Program-made: the position numbers and the translations under genes
In this document: one piece after another, positions 52,026 to 62,639 of the stretch
How positions within the stretch are numbered: the first letter of the stretch is position 1
Layout of the letters: every line of letters begins with the position of its first letter
From: Nitrospirota bacterium
GTDB taxonomy: Bacteria; Nitrospirota; Thermodesulfovibrionia; Thermodesulfovibrionales; UBA9159
Direction: 5' to 3'
Length of the DNA: 64,000 nt
NCBI GenBank assembly: GCA_963699545.1
Contig: CAVOUE010000004.1
Coordinates: 128,001-192,000, forward strand
Notes under the pieces: model-generated
Told to the model about the DNA's origin: nothing
Databases searched by the model: none
What the model saw: the letters and a program-made list of their open reading frames with translations, nothing else

Positions 52026-52474
52026 TGATCAAGACGACAAGCTAGTCCGGAAGTTCCCTTATTTTTCCTTTTGTTTATCCCGGCCTGTATTCGTCCCGTA
52101 TTTCGAGCCGCCTCATTCGCATGTACCATTTAGGGAATATCTTCCTTTTTAGGGAACATAAGGCCGAGAAACAGTAAGAACTATAATAAATTCCGGCACG
52201 TATGTCAAGTCAATGTGGCGGCCGTCAGAGAAGAACGCTGAGTGATTACCGTGCAAATCGAGACATCATGAACGATGACCGGCGATCTTCTTCTTGAGGG
52301 TCAGGAGGCAAGTGGGTGAAACCCCTGTTTTACGACCGGCCAAACCAAAAGGAGAGGGGACTGAAATTCCGAAAAATGTACGAATGTGTGATAGAATATT
52401 TCCGATATTGATGGGTAGTCATGATGGAGCGGACAATTTCCTGCGGCTGGAAGGCAGAGACGATCGCGGCTGAA

Positions 52475-53935
52475 ATGTCGAGAACAGTGAAAATAGTTAA
52501 CATTGCTGTCTTTTGCATATGGATCTCTCTGCTCGCTCTCCTGCTCTACAGGCAGCATGCCGGCGGGCCCCTGGAAAGGCAGGAGGCATTGAAGGGAACT
52601 CTCGGCAAAGCAACTTACTGGTACGACATTTATTCGGGCCCGAAAAAGATAGGGTTTGCCCGTTACACGTTTGAATGGGTAGGAGATGAGGTTATTATCA
52701 GGCATGAACGGGAAGTGAGGGTTAAGCAAGAGGATGGAGAAAAACTCCTTAACGAAAGCTACCGATGTCTCAGTAATTCCAATTATGCGATAAAATCCTT
52801 CGAGTATTCGTCCCGTTACAATGACAAAGAAGGGATAAGGGTCGCCGGTGAAGTGGGTTCGGATGAGATCGTCTTTTTCCTCGAGTCGCCGGAAAAAAGG
52901 AAAACCTTCAGGAGATCAATAAGAGGGAAGGCCGTTTATGTCCCCACGACATTTATTCCCGCCATTATCCAGCAAAACCCGTCTCCCGATTCCTTCTTTA
53001 TCATCCCTATGTTGGACATGGGCAATCTTTCCGTCAATAACGCCAGCGTCATGGTGGAAGAGATCAGGCCGGTCAAGGTGGGCACGGAGGTGGTCAGTTA
53101 CTACAAATTAAGATTGGGAAATGACATTTTCTGGAGCAACAACAGAGGAATTAGCGTGAAAGAGGAATATCCTTCGGGAACGACCCTTTATTCACAGATC
53201 GAGGCAATAGCAAAGGACCCTCAGGACAGGGTCCTGTTCGATTATCTTTCGCTGCCGTACCTGAGATCCGACAAGATTGTGAAGGACGCGGAGGACCTGA
53301 AATTGCTTAAGGTGAGGATCAAGGGATTCCCTCTGGACCCGAAGCTTTATGAGAACAGTCTTGTTACGCTCACGAACGATCTCCTCAACATTCAGAAAGG
53401 AGATGCGGAGGAGATCAAGAAGAAAAGCTATTCATTGCCCTCTAAAGATCATGCAGTGAGCAATTATCTTGGTGCGGATGAATTTGTTCTTACTTCTCAC
53501 AAGTCAGTAAGGGGAAACGCGCTGAACATGGCCACGCTGGAAAAGAATGATGCATTTCGTCTGGCAAAATACCTGAATTCCAACCTCTATTTAACGATAA
53601 AGACAGCCCCTCTGTTCGTGCTTACGAATTCTCTGGATACGTTCAAATCTCACGTGGGCGATCATCTGCAAAGGACGGTCATGTTCACTTCCTTTGCGCG
53701 AGCTGCCGGGCTTCCCACCCGTCTCATCGGAGGGCTTGTTTACCGGGAGGGCTACTTCTATTTTCATACATGGCCGGAGGTCTGGTTCGGCAGGTGGATA
53801 CCCGTGGATCCAACCCTTGCCCAGTTCCCTGCCGATGTGACCCACATCCCCCTGAAGGAGGGAACACTGAAAGACGTTGCTTCGATGGCGAACGGTTTTA
53901 AATTGCTCAACCTTGAGATCCTGGAGGTTTTATGA
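52475..53935 (+). CDS. Transglutaminase-like membrane-anchored protein (catalytic Cys absent)
   Basis: GDHLQRT..F..FARAAGLPTR..GGLVY....FHTWPEVW...WIPVDPT. Confidence 0.85.
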   Translation: MSRTVKIVNIAVFCIWISLLALLLYRQHAGGPLERQEALKGTLGKATYWYDIYSGPKKIGFARYTFEWVGDEVIIRHEREVRVKQEDGEKLLNESYRCLSNSNYAIKSFEYSSRYNDKEGIRVAGEVGSDEIVFFLESPEKRKTFRRSIRGKAVYVPTTFIPAIIQQNPSPDSFFIIPMLDMGNLSVNNASVMVEEIRPVKVGTEVVSYYKLRLGNDIFWSNNRGISVKEEYPSGTTLYSQIEAIAKDPQDRVLFDYLSLPYLRSDKIVKDAEDLKLLKVRIKGFPLDPKLYENSLVTLTNDLLNIQKGDAEEIKKKSYSLPSKDHAVSNYLGADEFVLTSHKSVRGNALNMATLEKNDAFRLAKYLNSNLYLTIKTAPLFVLTNSLDTFKSHVGDHLQRTVMFTSFARAAGLPTRLIGGLVYREGYFYFHTWPEVWFGRWIPVDPTLAQFPADVTHIPLKEGTLKDVASMANGFKLLNLEILEVL

Positions 53936-54678
53936 TAGAAATACTTGACTGCACAAAGAGATACGGTGAGCTCGTTGCGGTGAATAACCTCTCCCTCAGG
54001 GTTGGGGAGCAGGAGATTTTCGGACTTCTCGGGCCCAACGGTGCAGGGAAATCAACGGCCATCAAGGTGATGGTGGGCCTGTTGAGACCCGACTCGGGGA
54101 CCATAAGGATTGGAGGGTATGATGTCGGCCAGGACCCTGTGAACGCGAAAAGAAATCTGGCATATGTCCCGGAAAAAGGGTATGTTTATGACAAGCTGAC
54201 TGCCTGGGAATACCTCACCTTTATCGGCGGGTTATACGGCATGGACGAAGGGACGTTCAGTAACGCTGCTTCCGGATATCTCGAGTTGTTCAGCCTTTTG
54301 GAGTGGAAGGATGAGATGATCAGCAATTTTTCCATGGGAATGAGGCAGAGGCTTCTGCTTTCTGCCGCATTCATGAGGAGCCCCAGGGTGATCATACTGG
54401 ACGAACCCCATAATGGCCTTGACCCCAAGGGGGTACGGCTGCTGAAGGATGTCCTGTTCAGACTGCGTGATCAGGGTGCCGCGATTATCCTCTCCACGCA
54501 TATCATCGCTATCGCAGAAGAGATCTGCGATAAAATCGCCATCATCAATAAAGGGGCGGTCATTGCACAGGGCACAAACGAAGATCTGAGGCATTACGCG
54601 CGGTCTTCGGACAAAAACCTCGAGGACATATTCCTCCGTCTCACATCGGATTACGGGGGCCAAAAGGAGCTTCTGTGA
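53932..54678 (+). CDS. ABC transporter ATP-binding protein
   Basis: GPNGAGKST, FSMGMRQR, ILDEP. Confidence 0.95.
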   Translation: MIEILDCTKRYGELVAVNNLSLRVGEQEIFGLLGPNGAGKSTAIKVMVGLLRPDSGTIRIGGYDVGQDPVNAKRNLAYVPEKGYVYDKLTAWEYLTFIGGLYGMDEGTFSNAASGYLELFSLLEWKDEMISNFSMGMRQRLLLSAAFMRSPRVIILDEPHNGLDPKGVRLLKDVLFRLRDQGAAIILSTHIIAIAEEICDKIAIINKGAVIAQGTNEDLRHYARSSDKNLEDIFLRLTSDYGGQKELL

Positions 54679-56411
54679 AAGGTCTCGCTATCCTTATGGC
54701 GCCTGTTCTCTGGTCCGTAAAAAACGATGTCATCCGTTTTAACCGCTCTTTCTACAGGAACGTATTCTTCTGTGCCGCTTCGAGCGGTCTTTTTTTGTTC
54801 CTCAGTACAAAGATGCTGAATATCGGCATGACAAGATTGCAGAGTTTGTCTCCCGATGTTTTCAGGATACTTCTCATTAAAGGCTACTCCCTTTTTTTTA
54901 TGATCATTTTCTTTTCGCAGATGGTGAACGGGATTGTCATTTCGTTCAATACCTATTACCAGTCAAAGGAGATGGAAATCCTCCTGACATCCCCGATCGG
55001 CAGAACGCCACTATTTTTTTCGAGACTTCTGGAGACTCATATGAGGGCATCATGGATGCTTGTGGTTTTTGGATTCCCCTTGCTCGTTTCCTGTGGTCTT
55101 CTTTACCACGCAAACCTCTTTTACTACGTTTACGCGTTGGTGCTCTTTGGAGCCTTTTCGACCCTCTCGGTGAATATTGGTGTCGGTCTCACCATTATTC
55201 TTTCGAGCATTTTTCATGTCAGGAGATTAAAGAAGATGTTCTTCTCCGGTGGTGTCGTTGTCGTTGTCTTCCTGGTCATTCTGATGAGGGTATTTAAACC
55301 TGAACGGCTTGTAAATCCGGAACTGTTTGCAAACCTTGCGCTCTTCATCAACGAGATGAAAAGGCCTTCCTTTATCCTGCTGCCTAACCGCTGGCTGAGC
55401 GAGTCCCTCTTTAATCTGCTGGGAAACGCGTTCAACGCGAATACCCTCATCTACGTATCTCTCCTCGTTCTGACGGCCTATGTGACCACAGTGCTTTCAA
55501 TGGTAACCTTCGGGAGATATCATTACAGAGGGTGGGCGCTCTTACAGGAAGGGGGTATCATTCATCGGAAGGAAGCGCTCCTTGATTCACCGCTTACCCG
55601 CCTTGCAAGAAAGATAGCGTGTTCACGGCCGGTGCAGACACTTTCACGGATGTTGGGAGAGGAAAGCAGAACGATGATAATGAAGGACTTCTTGTTTCAG
55701 ATAAGAGATGTGAAGACCGTTCATCAGATGATCATCGTTTTGTCATTGATCATTATCTATCTCCTCAGCGTCGCTGCGTTGCCGCTGAACTGGGAAGGAT
55801 ATGCGGTGCAACTCAAGTACCTCATTTCATTCTTTAATCTCGGGCTGATCCTCATCATTGTTGCCTCTCTCTGTTCACGTCTTGTGTATCCCGCTGTGAC
55901 CTCGGAGGGGACCTCGTTATGGATGGTGAAGACATCCCCCATTACGCCAAAGCGGTATATTGTGACGAAATACCTTTTCTTTGTCATTCCCATAGTTCTC
56001 ATAGGGCAATTGCTTGCCATATCATCTTCACTTATGATCGGTGTTGACGGGACTTTTACCCTCTTGAAATCTGTCACGACTGCCCTGCTCAGTCTCTCCC
56101 TCTCGGGGTTGGCGGTGTTCTTCGGGACCTCTGACATGAGGCACGCAAGAAGTGAGACCCATCGGACGGAAGGCAGGACCGAGAGCACGGCCTTCATGCT
56201 TGTCTCGCTTTTCCTCATATTCTTCACACTGGCGCTGGAGATTGCTCCTGCATTCCTCTATTTCCTCAAGGAATCACAGATGAGCGGCTTCACCACAAAG
56301 GCATGGCTGGTGATCGGAGGGACAACCATTTTCTTGCTTCTCATGAATCTCTCTGTCACCGTCTTTTCTCTCAGATTGAGCATCAAGAAGGTCGAAGAAC
56401 TTCAGGTTTGA
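54675..56411 (+). CDS. ABC exporter permease
   Basis: About 12-14 TM; SKEMEILLTSPI, EGTSLWMVKTSPI. Confidence 0.8.
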   Translation: MKGLAILMAPVLWSVKNDVIRFNRSFYRNVFFCAASSGLFLFLSTKMLNIGMTRLQSLSPDVFRILLIKGYSLFFMIIFFSQMVNGIVISFNTYYQSKEMEILLTSPIGRTPLFFSRLLETHMRASWMLVVFGFPLLVSCGLLYHANLFYYVYALVLFGAFSTLSVNIGVGLTIILSSIFHVRRLKKMFFSGGVVVVVFLVILMRVFKPERLVNPELFANLALFINEMKRPSFILLPNRWLSESLFNLLGNAFNANTLIYVSLLVLTAYVTTVLSMVTFGRYHYRGWALLQEGGIIHRKEALLDSPLTRLARKIACSRPVQTLSRMLGEESRTMIMKDFLFQIRDVKTVHQMIIVLSLIIIYLLSVAALPLNWEGYAVQLKYLISFFNLGLILIIVASLCSRLVYPAVTSEGTSLWMVKTSPITPKRYIVTKYLFFVIPIVLIGQLLAISSSLMIGVDGTFTLLKSVTTALLSLSLSGLAVFFGTSDMRHARSETHRTEGRTESTAFMLVSLFLIFFTLALEIAPAFLYFLKESQMSGFTTKAWLVIGGTTIFLLLMNLSVTVFSLRLSIKKVEELQV

Positions 56412-56434
56412 CATTTCCACTTGCAGCAGGGGCT

Positions 56435-58571
56435 TCACTTCTTTTCTTCGATCTTCTTGAGAAACTGGTCAATGCTGCCCTGTAAGGCATTGTTCCCTTT
56501 TACCAATGATTTTGCATGAGAAAGATATTCCTTCGCCTTTTCACTCTCGCCGATATTAAAATATATTTTGCCCAGATTGAACGCTGCAAACAAGTTATTT
56601 GGATCAAGATCAAGGACACGCTCGTAATACTGTGCCGCCTGCTGATATTTGTTCATGGCCATGTAACAGATCCCAATATTTCCTATCGCTCCTATATTGT
56701 CCGGCTTCAAAAGAAGAGATTGTTCAAACGCATGAATTGCCTCTTCGTATTTGCTCACATTGACATAAACGTTTCCCAGGTTGTACCAGGCGTCCCATGC
56801 AGCAGGATTAAGTCCCAACGATTTTAGATAGAATTGTTCCGCCTCGGTATAGAACCCGAGCTCATAGAGAAATGCGGCAAGGTTTGACTGTGAGACCGGG
56901 TTCATCGGCTCAGTCGATGCCGTATTTCGAAGGTCATCCAGTTTTGGCAACAAACGTTCCCTGATACGATGTACCCCTTCTGTCGCCTTTTTCGAGTATT
57001 CGTTGAGGGGGTCCAGGCTTTTTGTCGTAAATACCTTTCGATAGTGCTTCAGTGCGAGCATATCCGATCCCGTTTTTTCATATGCCTCAGCAATGAAGAG
57101 GTGCGCTTCTTTCAGGGCACTCGCTCCTTCCTCCAGCGCCTTTTGATACGCCGCGAGGGCTTCGGGGTACCTGCCTGACTGGAAAAAATGTCTTCCAAGG
57201 AAAAGGCTGTAATTATAGCTACCGGTCCTTTCCCGCTCCTCTTTAAGATAGGCCAGGGCTTTTCCACGTTCTCCCATGTTCCACAACGCTGTAGCAAGAT
57301 TGCTTCTGTCCATGTCCGGATTGACTGATATGGCCGCCTCTAATATGGTCACATCTGAACGCCAATCGAGATTTCTCATAAAGCTCATGGAACTCCACAC
57401 CACTATTATTCCCCATGCGAGGAACAGGAATGCTCTCCTCTTTGTTAGGGCAATCTTCAGGAGAGGAGCAAGTATGAGCCCAAACCCCAAAACCGCCAGG
57501 TATGCGTATCTATCCGCAACCATGGGACTGGTCGGAAAGATATTGAGTACGGGTCCCAATGAAAAAAAGGACCACAGCGCTCCCAGAGCCGGCAAACGAT
57601 GTCCTTTTCTCCAGCACACGGCCATGAAGACTACGGTCAGAACAACTATGGATAAGAGAAAAGAGATGAATACAGGCCCTCCTGATTCAAAAGATACGGG
57701 GTAATCAGTGCTCAAGGGATAAGGAACAAAGAGCTTCTTCAAATAGAAGAATGGTATCTGTAATGCCTTCTTGGACACTATGATTATATTGGATGTCCCA
57801 TAACGGAAAATGCTTTGGTTCAAAACAGTTGTTGCCGAGGCTATCTTGAAATGGAGAACAGATCGCAATACCGTTGATCGCAAAAAATAAAAGCAGTATG
57901 AGCGACTTTTTTCTCAGGGAAATGATCTTTTTGGGAATGAGCATAAAGACCACGGTGAGAAAAAAGGGATAAAATATGGCGCTTGCCTTTGAGAGGAGCG
58001 ATAGAATAAAGAGGAATGCCGACAGATAAAGAGAATAATTCTTTTTCCCGTAAACGCCATCGATGCACACATTAAAAGAGAGGAACAGAAAAAGAGCCGC
58101 AAGGATATTATTGCGTGCTGCAACAAAATTAACGACTTCCGTATGCAGGGGGTGGACGGCAAACACAAGCGTACCCCAGAAGGCTATAAAATCTCCTTTT
58201 TCTTCCCCCACGACGTCAGAAAGGTTCTTAAGCATCTTGAACAGGAACATCAGGCTGGCCAGATACAAAAGGAGGTTTGTCAAATGGAAACCAAAGGGTC
58301 TCATACCCCAGATTCGGGCGTCGAGGGCCAGGGTAATATCCCGGACAGGCAAATATTCAAAGGAATTGGCTTTTGATAGGAATATCCTTGTGAGGTCAAA
58401 GGACCTGTAGACCTCATTGTAAACCATTAAGATCCAGTCATCGCAGACAAAACCATTTCTTAACGAATTGAGGAATATGATCGCAGTTAACGCGAGAATG
58501 GGATAGATGCTGTTCGAAGACAGGGCTCCCTTGATGTCACCCAGTTTCTTAATGAGTCTGTGTTCCGTCAC
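56435..58571 (-). CDS. TMTC-like GT-C/TPR membrane protein (frameshift near 57850)
   Basis: NGFVCDD, FHLTNLL, VHPLHTEVV..R, SK, ADRYAYL, C-terminal TPRs. Confidence 0.8.
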
Positions 58572-58628
58572 TCGTTGTGCTCCTCATCTGTGAGGGTCAT
58601 TGTTAATGGTCTCTTTGTCGTTACTACG

Positions 58629-60398
58629 TTATTTGGTGGTTTCCAGTTTTTGCAGCCATTTCTTTAGTATCGGATTTCCCGGGTCCCTCTGGTAAGCCAT
58701 TGCAAATGCCTTTTCAGCATCGGCTCGTTTCCCCATTTTATAGAAGACCTTCCCGAGAGTTATGAGGTAATAGGGATTTGCCTTGTTCTTTGTCGCCAGG
58801 GCGGAGGCCTGAATGATGATCGTGTCCAACGCCTCTGCTTTGTCTTTGGCAAATTGACGGAGGATCGGCAGATTCTCCTCAGTGTTCCTCAAAAAGATCA
58901 GGGCGAGGTGGTCCCTGTAAATCAGTACCCAGTCATCCCGTTCAAGGAGCTCCTCCACAAGAGGAACAATATCACCCCTTGGTAACAGGGTGGGAATAAT
59001 GATGTAGGAAAAACGGTACTTGCTCATGATGCCCTCCCAGGAACAGCCCTGTTCGTCTTTTGCCAGCACCATAATGTTATGTTCCTCGTATACGTCGGGT
59101 TCCAATGACCTTCCGTCAATGAACACCTTTTTCTCCGGATAGAGCCGCCAGAGGAGATAGCCGCCGATACCGTATTCGTTAAACATGTTGCCCTGGATCT
59201 TCAGGGGAGCGATAAAATCGGCTGCATCCTTTGGCGCGGCAAAGGAGGTATCTGCCCTGAACGTATGGCTTGCAAGGGAAGGGATGGAGAAGAAAACAAG
59301 GGAGACTCCGATAAGGAAGGTGATGCCGTACAGGATACCCTGCCTCCGTTCCAGGAACAGGAGAGGTCTTCGCACTATCGTCTCCTCTCCCGCATACAAA
59401 AGGATTCTCCCGATGACCGGCGCAGCGGCGCACATATAGAAAATGAGGTGCCTGATCGCGGTAAAACTCATGAGGGTGAAAACCGACAGGACCAGGAGGG
59501 GTGTAAGCCCGATTTTCTTCAGGTAGCGGAGGGCCCCCAGGGAAAGGAGGAGAAAGAGAATATAGGAATAATCAACAGGCTTGAACATCCCTCGGTACAT
59601 TGAAAAGGGGGACATAAATTCCACGATGCCCTCGCTATGCTGTCCAAGGGAAAGAGCCCCCCCGAAAACATCGGTACCCACAGGATTCACGAGGGAAAAG
59701 ATCATTGACAGAGCCCATACTGCAAGGAGGGTCCGGAAGTTTCTTTCCCCGGCGTCCTTCCTGAGAACGGAGAGGATACCTTCACCAACCACATAGAGGG
59801 AGATCAGCAGGATACAAACGATATGTCCGGCATGCAGATTTGAGAGCACCAGCGTGAGGACCGGGACCAGGAATATTGTTTTCGTTCTATGAACCCTGAA
59901 ATCCTCCAGAAGGTACAGGATGATGGAAAAAAAGAGAAAGGTGAACAACAGCGGGCGTTCTCCGAGATAGTTTTTGGAGAGGACAAAGACCACCGACACC
60001 ACTATCAGCGAGGGCAGATCGGATACGCCTTGTCTCTTGAGGGTGCGGAAGACAAAAAAGAGGAACAGCAGCATCAGAAGGGCCTTCAATACGATGATTC
60101 CCTTGAGATCCCAGAAACGGTACACTTCATAGAAGATCACCTGGGCAAGCCAGTTGCCCTTCAGTACCATGGACTTCCATTTCGACGGGGTTTCGTGGGA
60201 GGTGTAGGAAAAGGGATCGTTCTGGGGCACGGAGCCGTGCTCTACGATATACTTGCCGGTGGCGAGATGCCACCAGAAATCAGAATTGTTCACGTACCGT
60301 TGGAGAAATGAGGCGAAAAAAAACAGAAAGAAGATGAACACCGCCAGGAACTTCATCACAAGAACAGGTCTTAAGGAATCTCTCAGCAGGCGTTGCAT
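58629..60398 (-). CDS. GT-C-like polytopic membrane protein with C-terminal TPR
   Basis: DFWWHLATGKYI...DPFSY, WLAQV, RP, NLHAG, NP, FNEYG.GGYL, FIDGR. Confidence 0.75.
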   Translation of the reverse strand: MQRLLRDSLRPVLVMKFLAVFIFFLFFFASFLQRYVNNSDFWWHLATGKYIVEHGSVPQNDPFSYTSHETPSKWKSMVLKGNWLAQVIFYEVYRFWDLKGIIVLKALLMLLFLFFVFRTLKRQGVSDLPSLIVVSVVFVLSKNYLGERPLLFTFLFFSIILYLLEDFRVHRTKTIFLVPVLTLVLSNLHAGHIVCILLISLYVVGEGILSVLRKDAGERNFRTLLAVWALSMIFSLVNPVGTDVFGGALSLGQHSEGIVEFMSPFSMYRGMFKPVDYSYILFLLLSLGALRYLKKIGLTPLLVLSVFTLMSFTAIRHLIFYMCAAAPVIGRILLYAGEETIVRRPLLFLERRQGILYGITFLIGVSLVFFSIPSLASHTFRADTSFAAPKDAADFIAPLKIQGNMFNEYGIGGYLLWRLYPEKKVFIDGRSLEPDVYEEHNIMVLAKDEQGCSWEGIMSKYRFSYIIIPTLLPRGDIVPLVEELLERDDWVLIYRDHLALIFLRNTEENLPILRQFAKDKAEALDTIIIQASALATKNKANPYYLITLGKVFYKMGKRADAEKAFAMAYQRDPGNPILKKWLQKLETTK

Positions 60399-60404
60399 CT
60401 TACG

Positions 60405-62606
60405 CTACTTTTTCTCCGTGCGACGTAGTGCCCCGCATGCCTCTTCGCTTCCCAAATGACACGCTTTCTTAAAATCAGAAACAGCAAGTGCCTTATCACC
60501 TTTCCTGAGATAGAATGCTCCACGGCTATAATAGAGCGTGGCCGAGTTTTGATTCAAGCTGATTGCTTTATTAATGTCTTCTAACGCTCTGCCATGTTGA
60601 CCAATCAACGAATAGGTCAATCCGCGGTTTCTGTATGCGTAAGGATAGGTTGGATTTATGGCAATGGATCGATTAAAATCTGCTATTGCTTTGTCGAATA
60701 GACCGGCCTTACTATATGACCCCCCCCGACTATCATAGGCCCTAAAATAAGAGGGATCCAAAGCAATTGTCTTGCCGAAGTCCTTGATCGCCCTATCGAA
60801 CTGCCCCATCTTATCAAGAGCTACGCCTCGATTATAATACGCCGGATAGTAAGAGGGATTCAAAGCGATCGTCTTATCGAAGTCCTCGATCGCCTTGCTG
60901 AGCTGCTCCAGTTCGCCAAGGGCCGTGCCCCGATTATAGTACGCCAGATAGTAAGAGGGATTCAAAGCGATCGTCTTATCGAAGTCCTCGATCGCCTTGC
61001 TGAACCGGCCCATTTCGCCAAGAGCCGTACCCCGATCATAATACGCCAGATAGTAAGAGGGATTCAAAGCGATCGTCTTATCGAAGTCCTCGATCGCCTT
61101 GTCGAGATGACCCATTTTGCCAAAGACCGTACCTCGATTAAAATACGTTTTAAAGTAAAATGGATTCAAAGCGATCGTCTTGTCGAAATCCTCGATCGCC
61201 TTGCTGAACTGACCAGTTTTGTCAAGGGCTACCGCCCGATTATAATAAGCGAAGGGGATCCTTCGGGGCTCCTGTTCAATAACATAACTCCACAAGACAA
61301 TACTGTCTTTCCATATGCCTATTTGTTTAGAAGTTAAGTAGGTTATAGAAACCAGCACGCAAGTAACTATGGCAAAACCGGCAAGCCTGTAAACCTGAGC
61401 TCCCTTTCCCAAGATAGCTCCGTTTTCAGAAGCCCATGCGATAAGCAGGCCCGTGACCAGGAATGGTCCAATACTCGGCAAATACGTGTATCTGTCAGCC
61501 ATTGACTGGCCTCCTATCTGAACAATACCGATCACGGGAATCAGAGTAATAATATAGTAACCCCAGACTGACAACCATAGTCTCTGTTTTCTTATGAGAA
61601 GAACACAGGTTGCTGTAATTCCGAAGGCGAGAACTATTGCCAAAAGACACTTTAGAGATAACAGTGAGACATCTTTTTGATAGGGATAGAACGGCATGAG
61701 CTTCAGAGGCAACGTCATCTTCCAAAGATATGCCATAAGAGATGTAACCGCTGTAAGCAATCGTGTTGATATGGGGACAGCCTCCATGGATGTTATGGCC
61801 CCTCCGGACCTCTGAGCCAGAACGCTCACCAGCGATGAGACAAGACCGAGTATGATAAAGGGAAGCTTCCCTGTAAGTGCAATCCAAAATGTCTTAAGGG
61901 ACTGTATCCTTTTGAAGGGATACCAGTCTAAAATCAGCAGAACAGCGGGGAAACTTACCGCCATGGGCTTGCTGAGCAAGGCAAAGGTGAAAAACATGAA
62001 AGCAAGCAGATAGTTCTTTTCCGAGAAGAGTGACAGTGAATTATTGTGTGCCGTATCCTTGTCCGGAAGACCCACGTGTCGCGCATACATTGTGATACTG
62101 AGGAGGAAGAACAGGGCGCACAGAAGGTCCTTCCTTTCCGCAACCCACGCCACTGATTCCACATGCAGGGGGTGAAGGCCAAACAATATGCCTGTAAATC
62201 CTCCCGTTATGAGCATCGCCCTTTCACTCAGGACCGGTGACGGCTTGTCTTTCGCTCTTCTTTCTCTCAACATGTCCATGAGCCTTATCACCAGGAGCAC
62301 CACCAAGAAAGTGTTCCCGGCATGGAGAATGATATTGGTCAGATGATGCCCCAGAGGATTCAATCCCCATACGGCATAATCCAGGGCGTGGGATATCCAT
62401 GTGTAGGGATGCCAGTTGCCCAGGGAGAAACCCAGGAACGCCCATTTGAAAAAAGCCGTATTCAAAGAACGGATAAAAGGATTGTCAAGAAGATAAGGAA
62501 TATCATCCCAAACGAAATCGTTGTAAAGAGACGGGCAATACACCACAAATGTGATGAGTGAGACTGAACCCGCAAGGTAGTATCTAACGTGCTGTGTTCT
62601 TTTCAT
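60405..62606 (-). CDS. TMTC-like GT-C/TPR membrane protein
   Basis: FVWDD, NWHP, HPLHVESVAWVAERKD, SKPMAV, ADRYTYLP, many TPRs. Confidence 0.9.
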   Translation of the reverse strand: MKRTQHVRYYLAGSVSLITFVVYCPSLYNDFVWDDIPYLLDNPFIRSLNTAFFKWAFLGFSLGNWHPYTWISHALDYAVWGLNPLGHHLTNIILHAGNTFLVVLLVIRLMDMLRERRAKDKPSPVLSERAMLITGGFTGILFGLHPLHVESVAWVAERKDLLCALFFLLSITMYARHVGLPDKDTAHNNSLSLFSEKNYLLAFMFFTFALLSKPMAVSFPAVLLILDWYPFKRIQSLKTFWIALTGKLPFIILGLVSSLVSVLAQRSGGAITSMEAVPISTRLLTAVTSLMAYLWKMTLPLKLMPFYPYQKDVSLLSLKCLLAIVLAFGITATCVLLIRKQRLWLSVWGYYIITLIPVIGIVQIGGQSMADRYTYLPSIGPFLVTGLLIAWASENGAILGKGAQVYRLAGFAIVTCVLVSITYLTSKQIGIWKDSIVLWSYVIEQEPRRIPFAYYNRAVALDKTGQFSKAIEDFDKTIALNPFYFKTYFNRGTVFGKMGHLDKAIEDFDKTIALNPSYYLAYYDRGTALGEMGRFSKAIEDFDKTIALNPSYYLAYYNRGTALGELEQLSKAIEDFDKTIALNPSYYPAYYNRGVALDKMGQFDRAIKDFGKTIALDPSYFRAYDSRGGSYSKAGLFDKAIADFNRSIAINPTYPYAYRNRGLTYSLIGQHGRALEDINKAISLNQNSATLYYSRGAFYLRKGDKALAVSDFKKACHLGSEEACGALRRTEKK
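60760..61240. repeat. 102-bp tandem TPR-coding repeats
   Basis: GATTCAAAGCGATCGTCTT recurs at 60857, 60959, 61061 and 61163. Confidence 0.9.
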
Positions 62607-62639
62607 CCTTAGAATCCCATGTGCCCTAATGTCGTTATC

